Below are positions 1 to 9,386 of a stretch of 64,000 nucleotides of DNA, piece by piece. The translations under genes and the position numbers were made by a program. Position 1 is the first letter of the stretch, and each line of letters opens with the position of its first letter. The notes beneath the pieces are model-generated. The model searched no databases. It was not told where the DNA came from and saw nothing but the letters and a program-made list of their open reading frames with translations. The DNA lies in assembly GCA_048571215.1 (NCBI GenBank), contig CP182352.1, positions 1,984,001 to 2,048,000 on the forward strand, given 5' to 3'. This DNA comes from Halarcobacter sp. (GTDB lineage: Bacteria; Campylobacterota; Campylobacteria; Campylobacterales; Arcobacteraceae).

Positions 1-126
1 CTCTTCCCAATTTATGTCCAATGTTTGTAGTTTTTTTTCATCATAAATCCAATGGGCACCTAAAGAGTATGAATCTGCCACTAATACACTTAAAATTATC
101 TCTTTTACCTTCTTCTCATTAAACAT
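1..126 (-). CDS. ADP-ribosylglycohydrolase family protein, N-terminal fragment (runs off window start)
   Basis: Manual translation from ATG at 126 with upstream GGAG: MFNEKKVKEIILSVLVADSYSLGAHWIYD..., resembling the 'xGDALG' N-terminal motif of this family. Confidence 0.6.
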   Translation of the reverse strand, partial: MFNEKKVKEIILSVLVADSYSLGAHWIYDEKKLQTLDINWEE

Positions 127-135
127 AAATCTCTC

Positions 136-1593
136 CTATTTTGATTTTACTGGTTTTTCTATTTCGTAACCAAATTCTATAATTTTTGTTTCCTTTGGTT
201 TCAACACAAAATCAAAATATATTTTACCATTTTTATCAAGTTTAGTATATTTTGATTCCCCTATTACTTTTACTTTTATATCTTCATGTTTTGATACAGG
301 AACCCTCTCAACTAAAGATATTTTTTCCTCTTCTTTACCACTATTTTTTATCTCATACTTCCAAAGTTTTTGAGTTTTTAAAACATTAATACTAAAAAAT
401 GGTTCCTCTTTCATATCTTTTATCAACTCTTTTTTTACATCTATAAAACTATTTACTCCAAAGTATATACTACTCTTTTTATCTTTTTTAATCTCATCTA
501 TACTATTTCTGCCAACTAAAACTCCATCTATATAGAGTTGTACAAAACTTCTTTCATATAGTTTATCACTTTTAAAATCAACTTTATAGAATGGATTTGA
601 AGTAGAGTATCCATCTATTTCTATATAGTTTGAAGCTTTTATACTATCATTTGATAAATCTACTTTAGTTTTTTTGCCTGTTTTTAAATCTACATGTGAA
701 ACTCTATTTACAGATTTTGTTGTAAGTTCTACATATTCATTTACTATAGACTTTTTTGCAACATTTGATCTCATCAAAGTTTGTTTTTCCATCACCATAT
801 CAGAGGCAAAAGCAACAGGTCTATTTGGCGTTACATCTAAATATTCTGGTATAAAAGTGAATGGTTTAACTAAATTAAAGTAGTTCCCAACATAAAAATT
901 CATAACAACATCTTCAAAATTTACTCCCGTATTTTGTGTTACGTAAGCACTTGATTTCAATTCAATATTTTTATTTGTAGTATCATAGTTAATAGTGTTA
1001 AATTTACTTACAGATATAAGATTTGTCGGATAAGAAACAATTATCTTATCACTATTTTTACAATCAATTTTATAATCAAGTTTTGTAAATACACTCCCAA
1101 AGGTTTGGTTTTTTAGTTGATTTAACTCTTTTTGGTACTCTTTAACATCATTTTCAATACCATAAATCTCATCATAACTCTTAGTTATCTCAGCAATTAA
1201 AAATTCACTACTTTTTTCTAAGGTTTCTATATTTTGATTTTCTTGAAGCTTTAAACCTTGCAAAAATTTTATATTTGCCTCTAAAGCCTTTTTTTTATTT
1301 AAAGCTTTTGATATTTTCTCTTCCATATTAGATATGAGTTTATCTATCTGGGTTTTTTGTGTATCAATTACTTTAAAATCCAAATCTAAAATCTTGCAAC
1401 TTTTATCAATATTGAATTTTATAGTTTCTAAACTAACCTTACCTAATAAATCCACACTAGTGTTTTTTAAATCTAACTCTTGATTTAAAACTGTTCTATT
1501 CTTATATATATCCACACTTTTTATTTGGGTATTTGAATACATACAGGATACTGAAACTATTAAAGCTAATACAATTTTACTATTTTTTATCAT
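136..1593 (-). CDS. DUF4139/DUF4140-type (MuiA-like) secreted protein
   Basis: Signal peptide, 'SVDIYKNRT', coiled coil, 'QNTGVNFEDV' and C-terminal 'ERVPVS...IKV' motifs; start moved to ATG 1593, just after the upstream stop. Confidence 0.7.
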   Translation of the reverse strand: MIKNSKIVLALIVSVSCMYSNTQIKSVDIYKNRTVLNQELDLKNTSVDLLGKVSLETIKFNIDKSCKILDLDFKVIDTQKTQIDKLISNMEEKISKALNKKKALEANIKFLQGLKLQENQNIETLEKSSEFLIAEITKSYDEIYGIENDVKEYQKELNQLKNQTFGSVFTKLDYKIDCKNSDKIIVSYPTNLISVSKFNTINYDTTNKNIELKSSAYVTQNTGVNFEDVVMNFYVGNYFNLVKPFTFIPEYLDVTPNRPVAFASDMVMEKQTLMRSNVAKKSIVNEYVELTTKSVNRVSHVDLKTGKKTKVDLSNDSIKASNYIEIDGYSTSNPFYKVDFKSDKLYERSFVQLYIDGVLVGRNSIDEIKKDKKSSIYFGVNSFIDVKKELIKDMKEEPFFSINVLKTQKLWKYEIKNSGKEEEKISLVERVPVSKHEDIKVKVIGESKYTKLDKNGKIYFDFVLKPKETKIIEFGYEIEKPVKSK

Positions 1594-1594
1594 T

Positions 1595-1858
1595 TTACAT
1601 CCAATTTTTATAATTTGAGAATGAAGGGTATTGAGTTTTAAACTCCTCTTCATCAAAAGCATAATTAAATGAATTCATATAATCATTTAACAACTCATAA
1701 GACTCTTGTAACTCTTGAAACTTTTCTTCACTTCCGCCTGGCATATCAGGATGATAAAGTTTTGACAACTTTAAATATTTTTTCTTTAAATCTTTTTTTG
1801 AAGTTCGAATAAGTATACCAAATAGTTCCACTGCTTTTTCGAATTTTTCATAATCCAT
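1595..1858 (-). CDS. small J-domain (DnaJ-like) protein
   Basis: KKYLKLSKLYHPD...F..L..SYE.L J-domain with HPD motif. Confidence 0.85.
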   Translation of the reverse strand: MDYEKFEKAVELFGILIRTSKKDLKKKYLKLSKLYHPDMPGGSEEKFQELQESYELLNDYMNSFNYAFDEEEFKTQYPSFSNYKNWM

Positions 1859-2028
1859 TAACTTTCCTAATATTGGTAGTCATCATTGTACTAAATCATT
1901 TTTAATCTTTCATAAATAGATTCAAAAAGATTTTACTAATATTTAGTTTAGTTATTTTTTAGCTCTTTTTCTATAAATCTTTCCTTAAGAAATAACTTTA
2001 AAAAAAATATTAAAAAAATATTAAAAAA

Positions 2029-2046
2029 TGAGACATTTGTGAGACA
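2029..2046 (+). promoter_or_regulatory. 11-bp-period direct repeat TGAGACA-tttg-TGAGACA, putative OmpR/PhoB-type operator
   Basis: Perfect 7-mer direct repeat just upstream of a -10-like TATATT and ATG 2068. Confidence 0.45.
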
Positions 2047-2067
2047 CTTTTAAGATATATTACCGTT

Positions 2068-2670
2068 ATGAGAATATTAATATATGACAACAATCAAAAT
2101 GAAGTTGAATCACTATATCAAATGATAAAACTTTTACCAATTCAAACTATAGTTGATATAGTTACTACATATGAAGAAGCAATACATTTATACTCTTTAT
2201 ATGAGTATAATAGAGTCTTTATAAATTATATTGATACAAAGGGTAAAGATTTAGAAAGATATATTATGGATAAGTCTCCACAACAAAATATAATACTATT
2301 AAAAGATACATATGATTGTATCCATCTACATAGTTGTAAAAAGTGTAAAGAGTTTTTTAATAAATTTTTAGTCATAAAACCTATAAATATTTCTCAACTA
2401 CCAAAAATTATAAATGATAATTTTGAATGTGAAGGTTATAGTAAAACTCTTTACCAATACAATCTAGACAAAATAATTAAAAGAATAAAACATAAATATC
2501 CTACAATAATCTTTGATAAGGAAAAAAATAAATTTAAATTTGATGATATACCCAACTCATTTATAGTTGAACTTTTTATTGATTTGACAACACAATTATC
2601 TCAACATAATATTGAATATAGAATTTATGAAAATAAATCTATTGATATTATCTCAGAAAGAGAAGAATGA
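2068..2670 (+). CDS. degenerate receiver-domain-like protein
   Basis: MRILIYDNN start and KP motif like CheY folds; Asn at the expected phospho-Asp position; Cys cluster CxxxxxCxxC. Confidence 0.55.
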   Translation: MRILIYDNNQNEVESLYQMIKLLPIQTIVDIVTTYEEAIHLYSLYEYNRVFINYIDTKGKDLERYIMDKSPQQNIILLKDTYDCIHLHSCKKCKEFFNKFLVIKPINISQLPKIINDNFECEGYSKTLYQYNLDKIIKRIKHKYPTIIFDKEKNKFKFDDIPNSFIVELFIDLTTQLSQHNIEYRIYENKSIDIISEREE

Positions 2671-2675
2671 TTCTA

Positions 2676-4073
2676 TTATTGTTTTATGATATTAGAAAGC
2701 TCTTCAAGTTCTCTTTTTGATTTTTTTGTATCTTTATTTTTTTTCAATGAATACTCAAAACATTGAACTGCATCTTCAAATAAACCTAAATTTTTAAAAA
2801 TTATACCAATACAATAAGCCATATCAAAATCCTCATCTATATTAAAATAATTATCCCAGCATTTTTTAATATAAACTTTTAATACATCCTTATAATATTC
2901 ATCATCCCTTTTTGAAATGACTGTTAATTTATCGCTAAAAACTCTTATTATATAAGGATCATAACCACTAAGTTTAATTAAAGAAAATAGTGCCATAGAT
3001 ACAATTTTATCTTTTTTAACTTGATTAAAAATTTGTAAAAAGTCATTTGTATTAAACTCTTCAATTAACTCTTTTAGACTATCAGTATAACTACAATTTT
3101 CAGGAACTATCATATATGTATCAAACCACATATAAGCTACTTGTTTATCTATCATATTACAACTATTATTTTTAACATATTTTTTTAATGCATTTAGATT
3201 TGTTTTATTTGATAATAATCCAGAAGGTAGTTTATTTATATGAGGTTTTTTGTTTTTAAACCTATTTAAATGATAATTTGCTTCATCACTTATCAACCAA
3301 TAGAATTGAGTACTAAATTTTTTAAAAAAATCAAAAGTATTTATAGCATCAATTGGTATATCAAAGGTCGCATTATCAAACTGACTTAAATAGCTTTTTA
3401 ATATCCCATTAACAGCTTCACTTTCATAATAGTTACTATCTATTTTTTTCAACTTAAAACCTATTTTTGAATCTTTAATTGTTTCAAGATAATCTTTGTC
3501 TAAAGTACTTAAATCTTTATCAATATCTAATAAACATTCAAATAATTCTTTTGATTTAATAGTAAATAAATCATCACCTAAATCAGATAAAGTATAGTTT
3601 GATATAACAATATTTATACCATTATTTAAAACATTACTTAATCTCCTATTTGATTGCAAAATACAATCTTCAGGGTTTGTTATATCAAAAAGTGTAAAAT
3701 CTAAGTTACCCTCTTGTATATAAGGAATAAATTTTTCATGATTTTTCCAAAACTCCAATCTGTCAGGTGATAAGTCTGTCATAATATAGTTTAATTTTGA
3801 AAAATCTTTTTTATTTAATAAATGTTTTAGATTATTTAAAAGAAAAAATGAAAATCTTCCTTGCCCTGCTCCAAGTTCAATGATATTTATATTTTCATCA
3901 TTTTCTTCTACTATTTTTCTGATTATTTTGCTATATTTGCTAGCTATAAAATTATTGTTCGTCCAAAAAAATGTATCAACCTCTTCACCCCAAGCAAAAT
4001 TTATATTGTATTCACTATAAAATTTTTTGTGTAATTTAAATAAATCTGACTTTGATAAAATACTATTAACCAT
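2676..4073 (-). CDS. SAM-dependent methyltransferase (MidA/DUF185-like) with C-terminal TPR
   Basis: IIELGAGQGRF motif I, YIMTDL motif II, SNY motif; C-terminal TPR-like repeat. Confidence 0.7.
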   Translation of the reverse strand: MVNSILSKSDLFKLHKKFYSEYNINFAWGEEVDTFFWTNNNFIASKYSKIIRKIVEENDENINIIELGAGQGRFSFFLLNNLKHLLNKKDFSKLNYIMTDLSPDRLEFWKNHEKFIPYIQEGNLDFTLFDITNPEDCILQSNRRLSNVLNNGINIVISNYTLSDLGDDLFTIKSKELFECLLDIDKDLSTLDKDYLETIKDSKIGFKLKKIDSNYYESEAVNGILKSYLSQFDNATFDIPIDAINTFDFFKKFSTQFYWLISDEANYHLNRFKNKKPHINKLPSGLLSNKTNLNALKKYVKNNSCNMIDKQVAYMWFDTYMIVPENCSYTDSLKELIEEFNTNDFLQIFNQVKKDKIVSMALFSLIKLSGYDPYIIRVFSDKLTVISKRDDEYYKDVLKVYIKKCWDNYFNIDEDFDMAYCIGIIFKNLGLFEDAVQCFEYSLKKNKDTKKSKRELEELSNIIKQ

Positions 4074-4203
4074 ATTGCTCCTTATTAACTTTAAGTTATA
4101 ATATCGACATTATCTTTAAATAAAATATATTATTTAAGGTAAATATAATCTATATATAAAGTAATAATTCATATAATTACTAGGATTAACCTTAGGAATA
4201 AAA

Positions 4204-5667
4204 ATGCCTTTTAATAATAACTTTCATAAAATAACAAAAATAGAATCTACTAATGCAAATACTTCAAGTAATTCATCTTTAGAGAACTTGATATTAGGTC
4301 CAGATAAAGGTTTTAGTACTACACCACCTTTTGAGTGTTTATCATGGGAATCATGGAGAACAATAGCCTCAAATAGTAGAACTATAAACTATTTTCAACA
4401 ATACCCTTCTCCTATAGTGATTGATTTACACTTAGAAGAGGAAAAAGATATTGATGCCATCGGTATTTGGCCTAGTAGGGAAAATACAGGTATCTCAATA
4501 AGAGAATTTTTAATACAGTTTGCTACTAATAGTGACAAAAAAACATTTACTAATCCTATTAGAAAAGTTGCAAGAGAAAGAAATCCACACGATATAGAAA
4601 TATTTTCATTTCCTCAAGTCAAAACAAATATTATTCGTATAACAATACTTTCCAATTTTGAACATACAAAACTTAGAAGCAATAGAGTTGGATTTAGAGA
4701 AGTTACAGTAATAAGTGATAATAAAAAGATAAAAGAAGCTATTAGAAACTCTAAAAGTGATAGTTGTACTTTTGATTTTTTAAAACCACTCATATCAAAT
4801 AACTTAACAGATGAAGAATATTTTGCTTTAAATATAAGACCTGAATTTAGTTTAGATAATAGATGGAAACCAAACTCTAGTTATGAAGACTTTTTAAAAA
4901 TGAGAGGTTTTTATTCTAATGGTGTTCAATTAAGAAGAGTTGATTTATCTAAATGGGCAGATAAAATATATGTATATCTTTTCCTAAAAGAAAATGGAAT
5001 AAAAGGTATGCCTATTTTAAAATACGGATACTACTTCAATAGTGATGTTTTGGATTATGCAAAAGATTTATTTTATGCTGGAGAACTTAAGTCTTTTGTG
5101 ATTAAAACAAGCCATTTAGGATATGGGGTAAGTGTACTAAGAGTAAAAAATGGAAGATTTATTACAAATGATGAACACCATAAGGGTAATAATAAAACCA
5201 ATTCAAAAGTAGACTTCAATTATATTCAAAATGAACTTGAAAAACATTGGAATAGACAGCAATTTTCAGATGAATGGGCTTGCAATATTTTGCCACCAGG
5301 TTTAATACTTGAAGAGCTTATTGAAGATACAACTGAAATAAAATATATAACAGTATTTGGAGAAATAATTGGTATAATATTACAAGTTGAAGGTTTCCCA
5401 GCATTTGATATAAATGGCAATCCTTTGGATAACTCAGGACATACCTTACCAGTATGGTGGGAAAAGGGGCTAGAAAAAGCAAAAGAGGTTGCAAATTTAG
5501 TAAAAGCAGATCATATTAGAATAGATCTTTTTTATCATAAAGGGGAAGTTATAGTTTGTGAAATAACCTATAATGGTTTTTATGAACCAAAACAATTTCA
5601 TGAACAAATTGTAAATAAATTAAATGCAGGCTATGAATTAAGAGCAAAATTTTTAAAAAATAAATAA
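4204..5667 (+). CDS. ATP-grasp protein (TupA-like) with N-terminal discoidin/galactose-binding-like domain
   Basis: [25 protein letters not shown]...CEIT ATP-grasp motifs; N-terminal 'IVIDL...IRITILSNF...VGFREV' beta-sandwich pattern. Confidence 0.65.
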   Translation: MPFNNNFHKITKIESTNANTSSNSSLENLILGPDKGFSTTPPFECLSWESWRTIASNSRTINYFQQYPSPIVIDLHLEEEKDIDAIGIWPSRENTGISIREFLIQFATNSDKKTFTNPIRKVARERNPHDIEIFSFPQVKTNIIRITILSNFEHTKLRSNRVGFREVTVISDNKKIKEAIRNSKSDSCTFDFLKPLISNNLTDEEYFALNIRPEFSLDNRWKPNSSYEDFLKMRGFYSNGVQLRRVDLSKWADKIYVYLFLKENGIKGMPILKYGYYFNSDVLDYAKDLFYAGELKSFVIKTSHLGYGVSVLRVKNGRFITNDEHHKGNNKTNSKVDFNYIQNELEKHWNRQQFSDEWACNILPPGLILEELIEDTTEIKYITVFGEIIGIILQVEGFPAFDINGNPLDNSGHTLPVWWEKGLEKAKEVANLVKADHIRIDLFYHKGEVIVCEITYNGFYEPKQFHEQIVNKLNAGYELRAKFLKNK

Positions 5668-5681
5668 ATATAGGATATAAA

Positions 5682-6965
5682 ATGAATATTACAAAATCAC
5701 AAAATGCAATAAAAGAAGCACAAAAACTTATGCCAGGAGGTGTTAATTCACCTGTTAGAGCTTGTATAAGTGTTGGAACAACTCCAATATTTATAAAAGA
5801 TGGAAAAGGTGGAAAAATCTATGACTTAGATGATAATTCATATGTAGATTATGTTCAAAGTTGGGGACCTTTATTATTTGGTCATAGAGATGAAGATATT
5901 GAAAAAGCTGTAATAGAAGCAGTATCACATGGACTTAGTTTTGGAGCACCAACACTAGTGGAGAGTCAACTTGCCCAAGAAGTAATATCTTTATTTGACT
6001 CTATAGAAAAAATCAGATTTGTAAGTAGTGGAACAGAAGCTGTGATGAGTGCTATTCGATTAGCAAGGGGTTATACAAATAGAGATGATATTATTAAATT
6101 TGAAGGTTGTTACCATGGACATAGCGATTCACTTTTAGTTCAAACAGGTGGAGGTGCTACAGATTGTGGAACTCCAAGCTCTCCAGGGGTACCTGCTGAT
6201 TTTACAAAACATACTTTATTATCTAAATATAATGATATTGAAAGTGTAAAAAAACATTTTAAAAAAGGTAATAATATTGCTTGTATAATAGTAGAACCAA
6301 TTGCAGGGAATATGGGACTTGTTCCTGCAAAAAAAGAGTTTTTAAAAGAGCTTAGAGAACTTTGTGATGAAAATGGAAGTTTACTTATTTTTGATGAAGT
6401 TATGAGTGGGTTTAGAACAAGCTTAAATGGAACAGAAAGTAAAGTATCTGTAAAACCTGACTTGGTTACTTTAGGAAAAGTTTTAGGAGGAGGAATGCCT
6501 GTAGGAGCTTTTGGAGGAAAAGAAGAGATTTTAAACTATCTAGCTCCACAAGGACCTGTATATCAAGCAGGAACACTTAGTGGAAATCCTATTGCTATGG
6601 CAGCTGGACTAGCTTCTATAAGAAAACTAAAAGCAAATCCACAACTTATCGATATCCTTGAAAAAAGAGCCAAAACATTAGTATCAGGGATGAAGGAAGC
6701 TGCAAAACAAAACAATATAACAATGCAAACAGAAGTTAGAGGTTCAATCTTTGGAATCTTTTTTAATGACAAAGAGGTTACAAATTTCGAAATTGCTACA
6801 CAAAGTAAAATTGAAATATTTAAAAAGTTCTATAAAGGGATGTTAGAAAAAGGTTTTTATTTTGCTTCATCACAGCTAGAAACGGGCTTTATAAGTTTAC
6901 AAACAACAGATGAAATGATTGAAGATACAATAAAGGCAAGCCAAGAAGTATTTGCCACAATATAA
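5682..6965 (+). CDS. hemL: glutamate-1-semialdehyde 2,1-aminomutase (HemL), possibly a diverged paralog
   Basis: [37 protein letters not shown] (PLP Lys), [10 protein letters not shown]. Confidence 0.85.
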   Translation: MNITKSQNAIKEAQKLMPGGVNSPVRACISVGTTPIFIKDGKGGKIYDLDDNSYVDYVQSWGPLLFGHRDEDIEKAVIEAVSHGLSFGAPTLVESQLAQEVISLFDSIEKIRFVSSGTEAVMSAIRLARGYTNRDDIIKFEGCYHGHSDSLLVQTGGGATDCGTPSSPGVPADFTKHTLLSKYNDIESVKKHFKKGNNIACIIVEPIAGNMGLVPAKKEFLKELRELCDENGSLLIFDEVMSGFRTSLNGTESKVSVKPDLVTLGKVLGGGMPVGAFGGKEEILNYLAPQGPVYQAGTLSGNPIAMAAGLASIRKLKANPQLIDILEKRAKTLVSGMKEAAKQNNITMQTEVRGSIFGIFFNDKEVTNFEIATQSKIEIFKKFYKGMLEKGFYFASSQLETGFISLQTTDEMIEDTIKASQEVFATI

Positions 6966-7032
6966 ATAAAAGCAATAATTTAAGATAAAATACTATAATA
7001 CATATTTAAAATTTTGAGGATTCTTAATATAT

Positions 7033-7512
7033 ATGGGACAATTAATTTCAAGCCTTATTAAATGGGCTATTTTTTTTGGTATTTTATACCTAATTTTTAC
7101 AAACTTTGGTACTTTTTTGATTATTATTTTTATATTTGTAGCTTTAGGATACTACGCACTTTATCAATTTAAGCAAAAACTTCGACAGTCACAAGGAGGT
7201 TCATCTTTTAGATTTACTTTCAATGGACAAGAGTTTAACAATGCGGGTGGTTCTAATTTTAACTTTAATGAGTTTGAACAAAGATTTAGAAATGGAAGCT
7301 ATAACAATGGTTTTAATACTCAAGCTCCATTTAGTGAGGTCCAAAAAGCAAAAGATTTTTTTGGCTTCACTAATGAACCAACAAAAGAAGAGATAAAAAA
7401 AAGATATAAAGAGTTGGCAAAAAAATATCATCCAGATATAAATAAACATGGTGCTACCTTAATGCAACAACTAAATCATTACAAAGAGATTCTTATAAAA
7501 ACCTATTCCTAA
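7033..7512 (+). CDS. membrane protein with C-terminal J domain
   Basis: N-terminal hydrophobic helices, N/F/G-rich linker, KKRYKELAKKYHPD. Confidence 0.85.
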   Translation: MGQLISSLIKWAIFFGILYLIFTNFGTFLIIIFIFVALGYYALYQFKQKLRQSQGGSSFRFTFNGQEFNNAGGSNFNFNEFEQRFRNGSYNNGFNTQAPFSEVQKAKDFFGFTNEPTKEEIKKRYKELAKKYHPDINKHGATLMQQLNHYKEILIKTYS

Positions 7513-7522
7513 GAAGTTTCAT

Positions 7523-8020
7523 TTGTTTATAGATAAATTAAAAATATTTTTTCTTTTTATTACTATAATAGGAACTATTTTTTTTATCTATTTAGTTATA
7601 AAAAACTACAATTTTGATAATTCTAATTTAGATGAAAAAATTCTAAAAAAAATTTATGAAAAACAAATAATTCTTCAAAATCTAAGTTTAAAAAAATTTG
7701 CAGTAAAAGAAAAGTTTCCCATAATCATATCAAATAAAATGCCCTCAAATCTTTTTGGTGCAGCAACTCTAACAACAGATGATAAGATAGTTATTTATCT
7801 AAATAAAAAAAGATTTAAAGAGAGTGTTGATTATATGATAAGTGATGTTTTACCTCACGAGTACGCCCATGCAATTATGTTTAAACTTAAAGATATATCA
7901 AACAAAAATGGTGGTCATACAAAAAAATGGCAATCCATATGTAAAGCTCTAAATGGTTTAAGATGTAATAGATTTGTAAACAATCAAGATATCATCATAA
8001 ATAAAACCAGTTTTTTTTAA
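7523..8020 (+). CDS. SprT-like zinc metallopeptidase domain protein
   Basis: HEYAH motif followed by GH...W; N-terminal TM helix. Confidence 0.75.
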   Translation: MFIDKLKIFFLFITIIGTIFFIYLVIKNYNFDNSNLDEKILKKIYEKQIILQNLSLKKFAVKEKFPIIISNKMPSNLFGAATLTTDDKIVIYLNKKRFKESVDYMISDVLPHEYAHAIMFKLKDISNKNGGHTKKWQSICKALNGLRCNRFVNNQDIIINKTSFF

Positions 8021-8097
8021 TGTATGAAAAATCTATTAAAACCTTAATATCTTGAAAAATCAATTGTTTTTTTGATATTATCATATAAAGGATATAC

Positions 8098-9375
8098 ATG
8101 ATAAATTTAAAACGAAGAGAGTTTTTAAAAACTAGTTCAAAACTTACTTTAACAACAGCTTGTTCAATAGGTTTTCCATCTATCCTAACCGCAAAAAATA
8201 AAAGACCTACTATAAAAATAGTTGGTACTCATGTAACCTTACAAGAAGAACTTAGACAAAGAGCACAAAAAGAATTAGGAATAAATATAGAGTATTATCC
8301 AGGGGGAAGTGCAGAAGTTTTACTAAAAGCTACAACTGACCCCTCATCTTTTGATATTTATGAACAATGGTCAAACAGTATACGCCCCCTATGGCTATCA
8401 GATGCTATAGAACCAATTGAAATTAAAAAATTAAAATATTGGGATGAGATAAACTCATTATCAAAAACAGGAAAAATATCCCAAGAAGGGAAAATTGCCC
8501 CAGGAGATACACCAAACAAAATATTATATATCCAAGAAGATGGTACTTTAGGGGAAAAACAAAGTGATAAAGTAAGTTTTATGCCCTATGTTCACAATGT
8601 AGATTCTTTTGGATACAACACAAAATATATACAAAAAGGTATCCCTTATGAAACTGAAAGTTGGGCTTGGCTTTTAGATAAAAAATATAAAGGTAAGGTT
8701 GCTTTAGTAAATGATCCTACTATTGGTCTTTTTGATGCTGCACTTGCTGTTCAAGCCAAAGGTTTAATGGATTTTAAAGATATGGGTAATATGAGTAGAA
8801 GTGAGATTGATGAACTTTTTAAAATCATGACTTCCTATAAATTAGCTGGTCATTTTAGAGGAGTTTGGTCTTCAGTTCCCCACTCAATTGAACTTATGAA
8901 ATCAAATCAAGTTTATATAGAAAGTATGTTTTCTCCTGCAGTATCAAGTCTAAATGGACTAAATATCCCTTGTACATATGCAGCACCTAAAGAGGGTTAT
9001 AGAGCTTGGCACGGAGTAATGTGTCTTTCAAAAGAATCAAAAAATGAACAAAAAGATGCGGCTTATAAATATATGAATTGGTGGTTATCTGGTTGGCCTG
9101 GAGCTTTTATTGCAAGACAAGGGTATTATATCTCAAATCCAAATAGAGCAAAAGAGTTTATGAGCCAAGAGGAATGGGATTATTGGTATGAAGGGAAAAT
9201 TGCCACAAAAGAGTTAAAAGGAACTGATGGAAAAATTTCAGTACATAAAGGTAATATTAGAACAGGTGGTTCATATAAAAAACGCTTTGAAAATATAGCT
9301 GTGTGGAATACAGTTATGCCAAACTATGAATATACCTTAAGAAAATGGAACGAATTTGTTCTAGCCAAATCATAA
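8098..9375 (+). CDS. Tat-exported solute-binding protein (PotD/PotF-like family)
   Basis: RREFLK Tat motif; SWAWLLD, APKEGY, AYKYMNW motifs of PotD-like SBPs. Confidence 0.75.
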   Translation: MINLKRREFLKTSSKLTLTTACSIGFPSILTAKNKRPTIKIVGTHVTLQEELRQRAQKELGINIEYYPGGSAEVLLKATTDPSSFDIYEQWSNSIRPLWLSDAIEPIEIKKLKYWDEINSLSKTGKISQEGKIAPGDTPNKILYIQEDGTLGEKQSDKVSFMPYVHNVDSFGYNTKYIQKGIPYETESWAWLLDKKYKGKVALVNDPTIGLFDAALAVQAKGLMDFKDMGNMSRSEIDELFKIMTSYKLAGHFRGVWSSVPHSIELMKSNQVYIESMFSPAVSSLNGLNIPCTYAAPKEGYRAWHGVMCLSKESKNEQKDAAYKYMNWWLSGWPGAFIARQGYYISNPNRAKEFMSQEEWDYWYEGKIATKELKGTDGKISVHKGNIRTGGSYKKRFENIAVWNTVMPNYEYTLRKWNEFVLAKS

Positions 9376-9386
9376 AGGATACTTTA

